Of a DNA stretch of 35,536 bases, positions 1 through 8,278 are shown in pieces. The notes under the pieces are model-generated. The model had not been told where the DNA came from. It searched no databases and worked only from the letters and a program-made list of their open reading frames with translations. Origin of the DNA: an uncultured Gammaproteobacteria bacterium. GTDB taxonomy: Bacteria > Patescibacteriota > Patescibacteriia > Magasanikbacterales > UBA922. The first letter of the stretch is position 1; every line of letters starts with the position of its first letter. The position numbers and the translations under genes were made by a program. The stretch is from NCBI GenBank assembly GCA_964496615.1, contig CAZCAB010000001.1, forward strand, positions 1 through 35,536, written 5' to 3'.

Positions 1-1218
1 CTGCACATTTGAAAAAATGCGTAAATATGCAAGCACGTCCTTTATATGCGCGCGCTCAAAAAAACGAACGCCCCCGCGATAGTCATACGGGATATCTCGC
101 TTTGCCAGTTCCATTTCTAGTGCTTGCGAATGAAACGCCGCCCGAAAAAGAACAGACATGCCTGAAAGTGATACACCCTCTTCTCGTAGTTCAAGAATAC
201 GCTGAGCAACAAACTCAGCCTCCTCCACTGCATCAGCGAATGCCTGGACTTCTGGCTTTCCGAGTGAGCTCACAATACTCTTGAGCTCCTTCTCGTATTG
301 AGATAAATTGCGCGTAATAACATCGTTTGCGAGCGCTAGAATTTCAGGCGTGGATCGATAGTTCGTTTCAAGTCTGTGTACGCGCGCGCTTTCATATTTA
401 TCTTCAAAACCTAAGATATTTTGAATCTCTGCAGCGCGAAATGAGTAAATGCTTTGTGCATCGTCTCCCACAACCAAAACATTCTTATGGATACTCCCGA
501 ACTGATCAACAATCGCAGCCTGAATTTTATTCGTGTCTTGATACTCATCAACGAGCACGTAGCGAAACTGCGACGCAAATTTTTCCCGAACACGAGGAGA
601 TTTAAGCAAAAGCAGGTACAAATTTGTCAGTAAATCATCAAAATCCATTGCATTTGCATCAAGCTTTCGCTTCCGATACTCATCGGCAATTCGCGCGAGT
701 GTCTCTTCATGTTCAAGCCACGATGGATGCTGCACATCAAGAACATCAGCTATTGTACTCATTGCATTTCTTGCATAGCTGATAATCGAAGAAATGACCC
801 GAGGCGATGGGAATCTTTTTTGCGTGCGATCGATCCCTTCCCCTTTCACACAGAGTTTCAAAAGATCTCGCGAATCTTCTGAATCCAAAATAGTGAAGTT
901 ATTTTGATATCCGAGCAAACCTGCGTATTGCTTCAGTATCTTATACGCAACATGATGAAACGTGCCTGCCCATGGCAACTTAACAGTACCTTCTGTCAAC
1001 AATTCAACACGCGAAAGCATCTCTCTGGATGCTTTATTCGTAAACGTTACCAATAAAATACTCCCCGGATCGACTCCTTGCTCCAGCAAATATGCAACAC
1101 GATATGTGATCGCTCTTGTCTTTCCACTCCCCGCTCCAGCCAAAACTAAACACGGTCCATCTCCATTTTGCACCACGATACGCTGCTCTTGATTTAATTC
1201 CTTTTCAAAGTTAATCAT
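1..1218 (-). CDS. uvrD: UvrD/PcrA-family ATP-dependent DNA helicase, N-terminal 406 aa; the 3' end runs off the window, so it has no stop and is absent from the ORF track
   Basis: Own translation from ATG at 1218..1216: MINFEKELNQEQRIVVQNGDGPCLVLAGAGSGKTRAITYRVAYLLE... Helicase motifs I (GAGSGKT), II (VDEYQDTN), III (VVGDDAQSIYSFRAAE) and IV (ETNYRST) are present. The frame is open to position 1. Confidence 0.9.
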   Translation of the reverse strand, partial: MINFEKELNQEQRIVVQNGDGPCLVLAGAGSGKTRAITYRVAYLLEQGVDPGSILLVTFTNKASREMLSRVELLTEGTVKLPWAGTFHHVAYKILKQYAGLLGYQNNFTILDSEDSRDLLKLCVKGEGIDRTQKRFPSPRVISSIISYARNAMSTIADVLDVQHPSWLEHEETLARIADEYRKRKLDANAMDFDDLLTNLYLLLLKSPRVREKFASQFRYVLVDEYQDTNKIQAAIVDQFGSIHKNVLVVGDDAQSIYSFRAAEIQNILGFEDKYESARVHRLETNYRSTPEILALANDVITRNLSQYEKELKSIVSSLGKPEVQAFADAVEEAEFVAQRILELREEGVSLSGMSVLFRAAFHSQALEMELAKRDIPYDYRGGVRFFERAHIKDVLAYLRIFSNVQ

Positions 1219-1224
1219 GGATGA

Positions 1225-1959
1225 TCATTGTACCATGAGTACCACTCGCCTGCCATGCTGCACATCACCACCGTTCCAATCATGGATTGTATTCATTAAA
1301 TCATCATATGTATATTCGAAATCAGCACCATGTTTTGTCCCTGGATCATTTGTTATAAAATGCTCAGGTGTATACCCCTTAATAATTAAAGCATGATACA
1401 CTGGGCCGTCGCCGCTAAAATATGGATTTGGTAAATCTTTTCCATATGCTACAACAAGTACAGGATGCCCGTGTGCAACAGACCGTTTAATTTCCTCGAC
1501 AGTTGGATTCTCAACAATGTGAAATGTTTGCCCCTTTACGTGCTCGTTGGCAAATTCTCGAACTTGTGTCATGGGAATACTATACTCCCACTCTTTCTCG
1601 TCTTGCCAAGAAACCATTTTCAGTATTTCATCACGTGAAAAAAAGGGGCTCAAGCTATATGAAGAATAGTAGGCATCAAGCATAAGGACAGCGGCTTCCT
1701 CGCATGCATCTTGCCATGGCTGTTCCCAATTTCCTTCAGGCGCTTGCGACGTAAACGGTACAGCCAAATCTTTATGTTCAGGCATGTCATCTAAAACTAC
1801 TTTTTCTTTCGCGCGTTCTTCTCTTGCAAGAATTTCAGTGTCCACTCTCACGACAATTGTGACATCTGACAAGGATGTAATTTCTCTCACCACCCAAAAA
1901 ATGCCTAAGCCGAAAAAAATGGACAGGCAAAGACAGATTCTGTTAAATCTAGAAAACAT
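1225..1959 (-). CDS. Membrane-anchored C39-like (papain-fold) cysteine peptidase
   Basis: ORF 1225..2025. Start placed at ATG 1959 (MFSRFNRICLCLSIFFGLGIFW, a TM anchor), just downstream of a terminator. Putative Cys motif WQDACEEAAVLML, His in VYHALIIKGY, and NDPG. Confidence 0.6.
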   Translation of the reverse strand: MFSRFNRICLCLSIFFGLGIFWVVREITSLSDVTIVVRVDTEILAREERAKEKVVLDDMPEHKDLAVPFTSQAPEGNWEQPWQDACEEAAVLMLDAYYSSYSLSPFFSRDEILKMVSWQDEKEWEYSIPMTQVREFANEHVKGQTFHIVENPTVEEIKRSVAHGHPVLVVAYGKDLPNPYFSGDGPVYHALIIKGYTPEHFITNDPGTKHGADFEYTYDDLMNTIHDWNGGDVQHGRRVVLMVQ

Positions 1960-1961
1960 AC

Positions 1962-1995
1962 TAAAAAGAGCGAGGGTCCCGAATCCGGCACCCTC
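1962..1995 (-). terminator. Intrinsic terminator closing the minus-strand unit of GC island 1
   Basis: On the minus strand GAGGGT(g)CCG-gatt-CGG(g)ACCCTC is followed by GCTCTTTTTAG. It lies between the stop of the 171-aa ORF (2016) and ATG 1959. Confidence 0.5.
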
Positions 1996-2015
1996 ATTCC
2001 CCTTGGCGACCCCTC

Positions 2016-2513
2016 TTAGCCGCATGTGATTCCATGAAAATCGCGATAGCGCAGGTTCTCCACCAGATCTTGAAGGGTACCGTGCAAGCGAAGCACTTGC
2101 CGACCACCCGCCTTTCTGGTGCGGTTTAGCACAATCACGACAACGAACACCGAGCCGCGTTGACTCTTGACGCGAACATCAGTACGGCCTCCATTGACGC
2201 CGCGCCGTGCAAGCGCCTCCTCAATCGCATCCTCTACTCGGCGAGCAGAACTCACCTTTGGTAGGGATACGCGATCTGATGCTTCTGACTCCTTCCTCCA
2301 GGTGCCAGCAAGAATCTGCGCACGACTCGTTTCGCGAGCGGGATGTGCTGACTTGCGTGCGTCCAGCTCTTCCCTGCCCGCTTGGGTCAATTCTCCTTCC
2401 GGTGTCAGCCACCCCTTCTTCACAGCATGGGCGACTTCTTGGTTGTACGAAGAAAAGGCTCCAAAGGGAGTCCTCAGGGCCTCATCCCATACAGGTGTGC
2501 CGTTGTTACTCAA
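2016..2513 (-). CDS. Orphan hypothetical protein (165 aa from TTG 2513; the track ORF extends to 2531), GC-rich
   Basis: SD GAGGAGG (2523-2529) lies 9 nt before TTG 2513. G at codon position 1 is 67/165 by hand count, which is coding-like. No family recognised; KKGWLTPEGELTQAGREEL is vaguely wHTH-like. Confidence 0.5.
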   Translation of the reverse strand: MSNNGTPVWDEALRTPFGAFSSYNQEVAHAVKKGWLTPEGELTQAGREELDARKSAHPARETSRAQILAGTWRKESEASDRVSLPKVSSARRVEDAIEEALARRGVNGGRTDVRVKSQRGSVFVVVIVLNRTRKAGGRQVLRLHGTLQDLVENLRYRDFHGITCG

Positions 2514-2581
2514 TCTGCAGTTCCTCCTCAATTTCTGGCATATAGGACGGCGTACCTATAGCCGACGTATCCACTCTATTC

Positions 2582-2609
2582 AGAGTACCACACATTTTTT
2601 TATGGTCAA
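2582..2609 (-). promoter_or_regulatory. Putative sigma70 promoter for the 171-aa ORF
   Basis: TTGACC-N16-TGgTACTCT (extended -10) on the minus strand, about 60 nt upstream of the SD. Confidence 0.45.
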
Positions 2610-2639
2610 AACCCGATATTGATATATGCACAGAAACGG

Positions 2640-2668
2640 TTGACGACTTGAAAAACCCATGATATTAT
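2640..2668 (+). promoter_or_regulatory. Near-consensus sigma70 promoter of the GC-rich plus-strand unit
   Basis: TTGACG (2640-2645), 17-nt spacer, TATTAT (2663-2668). Confidence 0.6.
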
Positions 2669-2675
2669 CTAGCCT

Positions 2676-3150
2676 AATGTCGTCGGATTGGCCGGTGACA
2701 CCTGCAAAGGAGAGGGGGCTTGAGCGTCTTCGCTCGGCTCCTCGCCCTCCTATGTGCACTCATGGCGCGTCCAGCGCCAGCGCAGGAGGAGACTCCTACG
2801 ACGAGAGCACCGGGGCAGGTGAGGAGACCACGGCCCCGAGGTCGCAACCACGCATGTGCCACGTTCCCTCGCTGGATCTGGTACAGAAGGTTGCTCCTTC
2901 GGGTCTGTACCAACGGCTAGGAGCCCATGCTCTTGGCCGCATCAGACATCACAAGGAGATAAAACAAACCCTCGTGGAAGAGGATGGTTCGCGACGTAGT
3001 AAGCAGCGCATCAGACGCACAGACTTATTGGACAGTCGCCACACCACAGAACAACGCACAGGGATGGGGGGACAGGAGGACAACAGACCGCCTTCCACTC
3101 ATTGACCTGTTCAATCTGGACAGATCAATGAGGAGGCGGTTTTGTTTTTT
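2676..3150 (+). ncRNA. Candidate structured ncRNA of unknown class (about 470 nt, GC-rich); a leaderless 142-aa ORF (2677..3105) is the alternative reading
   Basis: Bounded by the promoter at 2640-2668 and the terminator at 3088-3150. Dense strong hairpins include GGUACAGA...CC(UUCG)GG...UCUGUACC (2880-2911), the 10-bp GGCUAGGAGC-CCAU-GCUCUUGGCC (2915-2938) and a GGAG-GAGA-CUCC GNRA loop. The open frames show no codon-position bias by hand count. No RNase P, tmRNA, SRP or tRNA motifs found. Confidence 0.4.
3088..3150 (+). terminator. Rho-independent terminator of the GC-rich plus-strand unit
   Basis: Long imperfect hairpin with CCGCCT/AGGCGG and CTCATTGA/TCAATGAG arms (3088-3139), followed by TTTTGTTTTTT (3140-3150). 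Confidence 0.7.
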
Positions 3151-3170
3151 CTTGATAAGAAGGATATAGT
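3142..3170 (+). promoter_or_regulatory. Putative rlmH promoter, with leaderless geometry
   Basis: TTGTTT-N17-TATAGT; ATG 3179 lies 8 nt after the -10 and there is no SD. Confidence 0.4.
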
Positions 3171-3178
3171 ACAAACAT

Positions 3179-3649
3179 ATGCTCAGTTTCACCATCATAT
3201 CAGTCGGCAAACTCAAAGAATCATATTGGAGGGAAGCACAAAAAGAATACGCAAAAAGGCTTTCATCTTTTTGTCATATGAACATTGTCGAACTCAAAGA
3301 GGAAAAAAATGATGGAAAAAGTAATCGAGAATCAGTTCAAAAGAAAGAAGCGCAAAAAATACTCAAAGTGATTCCAAAAAATGACTATGTGATCACGCTT
3401 GATCCAGAAGGTCAATCCTACACGTCCCAAAAACTCAGTTCATATATTGAACTACTCACGCACGAAGTGAGCTCAATTTCGTTCATTATTGGAGGCCCAC
3501 TTGGTTTACATAAAAAAATACTGAGTCAATCAAAAAAGAGCATATCGCTCTCTTCTTTTACTTTTACGCATCAAATGGCGCGCATTATCCTTCTTGAACA
3601 ACTGTACAGAGCCTTCATGATTTCAAACAACAGACCGTACCACCACTAA
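3179..3649 (+). CDS. rlmH: 23S rRNA (pseudouridine1915-N3)-methyltransferase RlmH (SPOUT)
   Basis: 156 aa. Contains FIIGGPLGL, FTFTHQMARIILLEQLYRAF and a C-terminal RPYHH, typical of the YbeA/RlmH family. Confidence 0.9.
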   Translation: MLSFTIISVGKLKESYWREAQKEYAKRLSSFCHMNIVELKEEKNDGKSNRESVQKKEAQKILKVIPKNDYVITLDPEGQSYTSQKLSSYIELLTHEVSSISFIIGGPLGLHKKILSQSKKSISLSSFTFTHQMARIILLEQLYRAFMISNNRPYHH

Positions 3650-4596
3650 GAATCTACGACGGCACTAAACGTATTTGTTCCCAAACATTGACCACCAAGG
3701 GCAACCTCAAAATTTTGAGGAATAGCGATCTTCCAGTATGAATCCTTTGTAGAAGCACTGCCGTCAGTCGTTTTTGCAAGATTAGTCTGCACCAGCTGAG
3801 TTGTGGTCGTAAAGTATGTCATATCTGCATAGGCTTGAGCAGCGGATAGTGAAAACTTTTGCTGCGCCGCCCCTATTGTGCCTGCAGAGCACGTCATGGC
3901 AGTGCCTGAAAAATAACTATCAATACTCACATTTCCTGTATTGGTTATTGTTACAGTCGTATCTGACGTAGATGTAGCGCCAATCGCAAGCTCTCCGTAG
4001 CTAAAAAAACCAGGAACACTGAGGGCAGCAAGAGAATTTATTTCTGAACTCATATTACTACTTGTACTCGTTGCGAAATCGTTATCGGAAACAGTCACCC
4101 ATGCGACCCATGTGTCTGATGGATATCCATCAGAGTCAGTTGAGTCTGCATAATATTGAAGCGTAAAATCACACTCATAACTAACTGTTCCTTCATTACC
4201 GATAACACACCCTGTAATTGTGCAATCCCCGCCAGAATAGGTGACGCGATAACAATTATTGTTATCTGCAGAACAATTTTGTGCATTAGAAACACTACTA
4301 CGGTAATATACACTCTTGAGCGAATTATTATTTAAATTCGAACATCCGTCTCCGTCAGAAATATCCCCCCTCACATAAACTGCTTTTGTCGAATTTTCAT
4401 TCAAATGGATGTTCCCTGCAACTGAGGGTCCATCTGGTGTTGAAGTCGTGACGATAACTGAATCAACAGTAGGAGAAAAAGCACTTTTTGCCGGCTCTAT
4501 GAAAGAGTGAGATCCCAAAATTATAAGACCAATTATGTACGCAGCTATAAACGTCGACCAAACAACCAATTCTTTCTTGTTTCCTTGTTTAATCAT
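3646..4596 (-). CDS. Hypothetical Ser/Thr-rich, Cys-containing cell-surface protein with an N-terminal TM anchor
   Basis: 316-aa ORF with hydrophobic N-terminus VVWSTFIAAYIIGLIILG. ATGA overlap with the upstream ORF (4593-4596). Ends in TAG, overlapping the rlmH stop convergently. Confidence 0.6.
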   Translation of the reverse strand: MIKQGNKKELVVWSTFIAAYIIGLIILGSHSFIEPAKSAFSPTVDSVIVTTSTPDGPSVAGNIHLNENSTKAVYVRGDISDGDGCSNLNNNSLKSVYYRSSVSNAQNCSADNNNCYRVTYSGGDCTITGCVIGNEGTVSYECDFTLQYYADSTDSDGYPSDTWVAWVTVSDNDFATSTSSNMSSEINSLAALSVPGFFSYGELAIGATSTSDTTVTITNTGNVSIDSYFSGTAMTCSAGTIGAAQQKFSLSAAQAYADMTYFTTTTQLVQTNLAKTTDGSASTKDSYWKIAIPQNFEVALGGQCLGTNTFSAVVDS

Positions 4597-5966
4597 ACTT
4601 GAGCGTCTTCATTTTCAGATAAAAAGTGATCTTCAGAGGGTCTCACGTCAATCGTTGGAATGTCTGGGAGTACTGTTTGCATGCTCGGCCCTTTCACTTC
4701 TACACCATTTTGGCTCCTTTTAGGTGTCTCACGTTTTCTTCGAACTAGAACAAACGCACCCAAAATGATGAGGAGTACAAATCCAAATACGCTAAAAAAG
4801 CGGAAGCGGACTACTGGATCTCCGAGAAAGGCAAAAGTTGCAGCAAAAAACTGATAGATCACTCCCCCAACCTGAAACCTCACAACGTGCGTATCTTTCA
4901 TATCAACCCCAAAGTTCATGGTCGCCAGTAGTGCGTATGCTCCTCGTGATGGAGGAGTATACAATGTCGTAAATGTTGTGCGCTGCCCTTCACTAAAAGG
5001 TATATCTTTGGTTAAACTGAATGTCTCAACTTTTGTTTTTCCTTTAAAGACTTCGAGTTTGGCAGATGGTACATAGTTACTGGTTCCAGTATTCTCAACC
5101 ACAACCTCAATTTTGACTTTCTCGCCTTTCTTTAATTGCGATGAACTCAAGAGTACGTCACGAATTTTCCCAGACTGAGACAATATTCCTTCTGGATATA
5201 CGCGTAGAAGGGCGCTTTTTGAAACCACGTTGTCTACATCATACTTCGCCAAAATCGCGAGCTCATATTCTCCTGCATCAAGAAGCAAATCTGAAGTAAG
5301 CACGAGCGACTTCTGTTTACGAGGACTTACCCCACGAACTTTAGAAGTATCAATGGTGGACGTTACGACTGATACCCCGGACTCGTCAAACACCTCAAGT
5401 AGAACCTCAGAAAAACGAAAATCAACAGTCCCTCTATTTGCAATCTCAAACTCGAGCTGAACCGGACTCCCCGCTTGCGCAGGTTGCACATTAGCAAAAC
5501 GTACGTCAGCATCATGAACTTCTTGTCCAGTTACTTCAAAGTGAATCCGTCCCACAGCACCACTCTGAGCGTCAACGCTTTGCCCGCTCCTAGTTCTTGC
5601 TTGAATTTTCGTTGCCGGCTCAGCAACTAAGAATACATCATATGTTCCATTCGGTGCCGTGCGGACATCAAGTGTAAACTCTACACCGACAGATCTCGCA
5701 CCTTCAGAAAATTCAAGTATACGTCTTGAGAGCTTCACGTACTCAGATCCAAATCCCTCCACGCGCACACTGTAAGCTCGCTTCTTATCTATTTCAGAAT
5801 TTGTAATTCTGAATTCATCCGAAAAAGTTGCTGTTTTGGTAAGTCTACCACTTTCAATGGTACTCGGACTGATACCTGTCGCAAAGGTAAAAGAGATAAA
5901 ACCAAATAAACCACCCAGGAGTAGACCGGGTAGAAGCAAAAAACGAATGTATTTTTCTACACGCAT
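4593..5966 (-). CDS. Hypothetical membrane-anchored protein with about three Ig-like (CARDB/NEW3-like) repeats and a C-terminal TM plus charged tail
   Basis: ORF 4593..5984. Start placed at ATG 5966 (MRVEKYIRFLLLPGLLLGG, signal-like), 6 nt after TGgTATACT (5973-5981). Repeated beta-rich modules of about 100 aa. TM segment FFSVFGFVLLIILGAFVLV. Confidence 0.6.
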   Translation of the reverse strand: MRVEKYIRFLLLPGLLLGGLFGFISFTFATGISPSTIESGRLTKTATFSDEFRITNSEIDKKRAYSVRVEGFGSEYVKLSRRILEFSEGARSVGVEFTLDVRTAPNGTYDVFLVAEPATKIQARTRSGQSVDAQSGAVGRIHFEVTGQEVHDADVRFANVQPAQAGSPVQLEFEIANRGTVDFRFSEVLLEVFDESGVSVVTSTIDTSKVRGVSPRKQKSLVLTSDLLLDAGEYELAILAKYDVDNVVSKSALLRVYPEGILSQSGKIRDVLLSSSQLKKGEKVKIEVVVENTGTSNYVPSAKLEVFKGKTKVETFSLTKDIPFSEGQRTTFTTLYTPPSRGAYALLATMNFGVDMKDTHVVRFQVGGVIYQFFAATFAFLGDPVVRFRFFSVFGFVLLIILGAFVLVRRKRETPKRSQNGVEVKGPSMQTVLPDIPTIDVRPSEDHFLSENEDAQV

Positions 5967-5992
5967 AGCTTTAGTATACCACAAAAATATCG

Positions 5993-7027
5993 CTATGATC
6001 GTAAAAAACGATGCACATTGATATTATGCTCATCAAGTGTACGTGCGTACTTTACCTCCCCTTCGAGCGTGGTGATAAAATACCAGTAATCGTTTGGTTC
6101 AGGATATAACGCTGCCTTGATACTCTCCAAACTTGGACTTGAAATGGGGCCAAGCGGCAAACCCGGATATTTATACGTATTGTATGCTGAAAGCGATTCT
6201 CGGTCCTCTTTTGTAGTAAATACATCACCACGCTTTCCGACAGCGTAGTGAACGGTCGAGTCTGCTTGCAGAGCCCAATGTGCATCATATCGTCTCCAGA
6301 AAAGATCAGCCACTTTTGCTTTGTCTTCAGGACTACGCACTTCCCGCTCCACAATACTTGCAAGTGTTATGACTTCAAACATGGTCCTCCCATTTTTCTC
6401 TGCATCAGCATACATCTGATCAGTGATCTGATTATCACGATGATCAATGAGCTTTCGCACGATGTCCTCTATGGATGCATCCTTAAAAATACGAAATGTG
6501 TCAGGAGATAGATACCCTTCAAGCGTCACATATGGCGAAATATCTTTAAGCACTCGAGCATCGCTCGATATCCGCGGTGGTCTTCCTCTCTGTGTTTTGT
6601 AATTATACGCAGGTTTCCCTGTTACAGCGAATACTTCTTCTTCAGATGCAATGCCTTGCTCCTGAAGGTACGCTGCGATCTCTCTGAGGCTCCAACCCGG
6701 AAGGATCGTTATGGTCTGTTCATCATAACTTGGCCTATCAAGCGCCTCGACCACTCGCGCCAATGTGATCGGGCGCTCGACTACAAACGTTCCTTCTCTA
6801 ATTTCAGTATCAAGACCCTTGATAACTAAATACTTCTCAAAGAATGATGCACTGCGCACGATTCCTTCCTTTTCCAATCTGTTAGATAACGTTGCCACTG
6901 TTTCCCCTCGCTCTATGCGAAACGTTACAGAATCAACTTGCTGCGCCGTCGCACTGTAAATTTCAGAATAGATAAACCATGCCCCAACAAGAGCGCACAA
7001 AAAAAAGATACTCAGAAAAAAACGCAT
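5993..7027 (-). CDS. mltG: Endolytic murein transglycosylase MltG (YceG-like)
   Basis: LASIVEREV (catalytic Glu motif), LQADSTVHYA and YNTYKYPGLPLGPISSPSLESIKAAL. Start placed at ATG 7027 (MRFFLSIFFLCALVGAW) to avoid overlap with the upstream gene. Confidence 0.85.
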   Translation of the reverse strand: MRFFLSIFFLCALVGAWFIYSEIYSATAQQVDSVTFRIERGETVATLSNRLEKEGIVRSASFFEKYLVIKGLDTEIREGTFVVERPITLARVVEALDRPSYDEQTITILPGWSLREIAAYLQEQGIASEEEVFAVTGKPAYNYKTQRGRPPRISSDARVLKDISPYVTLEGYLSPDTFRIFKDASIEDIVRKLIDHRDNQITDQMYADAEKNGRTMFEVITLASIVEREVRSPEDKAKVADLFWRRYDAHWALQADSTVHYAVGKRGDVFTTKEDRESLSAYNTYKYPGLPLGPISSPSLESIKAALYPEPNDYWYFITTLEGEVKYARTLDEHNINVHRFLRS

Positions 7028-7031
7028 ACCA

Positions 7032-7727
7032 CTATACAAAGAGATGATGATGCTCCCGCGCCCAACGCAATCTTTCAGGCACACCAATATCTACCCATGG
7101 AACATCTGATACATATACATACAAATCCTTCATATGCGGAAACACATCATACTCAATACTAAAAGCATCCTGAGTAGGGAAATAATCTGAAACGCGCGGC
7201 GTGAATAAGTACAGACCTGCATTTATCACGCCAGGCTCATGCATACCCTGCTTTTCCTTAAATGCCTGAAGATGATTCTCCAAATCATACTCAAGCGTCC
7301 CATAGGTGCTTGCATCATCCACCTGAGCTCCGTAGATAACACCATCGCTGGATAGATTAAGCTTGGCAGCCATGTCAGAAAAATCGATCGTATAAAGTAT
7401 ATCCCCATTCAGTACCCATGTCGGCTGATCGGGGGAACTGATGTATGAAAGTGCATGTTTAATCGCACCACCTGTTCCGAGACGTTTTTCTTCAATGACA
7501 TATATGAGTCGGACCCCTTCGCGCTCTCCACCAATCTTCTCTTGCAGAACCTCCGCCAAATGTCCGGCCGCCAGTATAACTTCATGAACACCTGCCGCCT
7601 TTAGCTTTCTGAGCTGCAGATCAAGAACACTGATTCCTCCAATATCAAGTAAAATTTTCGGGATATCCTTTGTGATATCACCAAGTCGTGTTGAAAGTCC
7701 GCCACAGAGAATGATTGCGTTATGCAT
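7032..7727 (-). CDS. Sugar-phosphate nucleotidyltransferase (NTP_transferase family)
   Basis: N-terminal IILCGGLSTRLG...PKILL signature, GTGGAIKHAL, and a VDIGVPERL C-terminal motif. Confidence 0.8.
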   Translation of the reverse strand: MHNAIILCGGLSTRLGDITKDIPKILLDIGGISVLDLQLRKLKAAGVHEVILAAGHLAEVLQEKIGGEREGVRLIYVIEEKRLGTGGAIKHALSYISSPDQPTWVLNGDILYTIDFSDMAAKLNLSSDGVIYGAQVDDASTYGTLEYDLENHLQAFKEKQGMHEPGVINAGLYLFTPRVSDYFPTQDAFSIEYDVFPHMKDLYVYVSDVPWVDIGVPERLRWAREHHHLFV

Positions 7728-7735
7728 GAAATATC

Positions 7736-8278
7736 CTAAAAAAGTAAATACGGAGCACCATATACTACAAGCAGAGCGAGTAGTGCCCCGGCAATAACAT
7801 CACGGGGGTAATGAACACCAACGTACACACGTCCGAATGATACCAATAGTGCCAAAAGAACAAAAAGCAAACCCCACCAAAAAAATGGGAATGTCACCCC
7901 TACAACACCTGCCATGATAAAAGATAGGAGTGCATGATCTGACGGAAATGATTTTTCAGGCGTCAGCGGCTCGATAAGATTTTTTACATTATCTAGTTCG
8001 TTGTACGGACGCTTTCTTCTGATAAATATTGCAAGCACGTAGCTAAAAAAAATCCCGATGATCATATCCACGCCTGTCCAAAACAGCATCCACACCCATC
8101 GAGGTCCCTTTATATCGCTGCTCAGGCCAAACTCATATATAAAGAGCGCAGCCATCAGTATACCCATAATCCAAATAAGCCATTTGGCGCAAAAAACCAT
8201 AATGCGATCACACTGCGGATTCTTGCCGACACGCTTTTGTATGTTCAAAAATAAAATGTGACTCCAACTTAATTTCAT
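7736..8278 (-). CDS. PAP2-family phosphatase (undecaprenyl-diphosphatase-like)
   Basis: PAP2 motifs RRKRPY, PSDHA and GRVYVGVHYPRDV in a multi-TM protein. ATG 8278 overlaps the prfB TGA as ATGA. Confidence 0.8.
   Translation of the reverse strand: MKLSWSHILFLNIQKRVGKNPQCDRIMVFCAKWLIWIMGILMAALFIYEFGLSSDIKGPRWVWMLFWTGVDMIIGIFFSYVLAIFIRRKRPYNELDNVKNLIEPLTPEKSFPSDHALLSFIMAGVVGVTFPFFWWGLLFVLLALLVSFGRVYVGVHYPRDVIAGALLALLVVYGAPYLLF

Noticed and set aside
2167-2622. Plus-strand ORFs 2167..2622 and 2207..2545 opposite the 171-aa ORF
   Set aside because: Several frames are open because of the high GC. Only the minus frame has an SD, a promoter, a terminator and a G1 excess.
2720-2920. 66-aa ORF resembling a secreted cationic peptide: MSVFARLLALLCALMARPAPA signal-like N-terminus, a CATFPRWIWYRRLLLRVC two-Cys segment, and AAGGAG 7 nt before TTG
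   Set aside because: It is attractive as a bacteriocin-like peptide, but hand counts show flat GC at all three codon positions and only 26% G at position 1. The ORF also sits inside a hairpin-dense region. It is treated as probably fortuitous but not fully excluded; Ribo-seq or proteomics would settle it.
2676-3150. Identity of the GC-rich transcript as RNase P RNA, tmRNA, SRP RNA or a type III antitoxin repeat array
   Set aside because: No GAGGAAAGUCC or ACAGAAnCCGGCUUA core, no tRNA-like 5'/3' ends or tag ORF, and no GGAA/AGCA SRP motif. There are no tandem repeats, only one 9-nt direct repeat. GAGGAGACUCC at about 2786 matches the P4 motif at only 9 of 11 positions.
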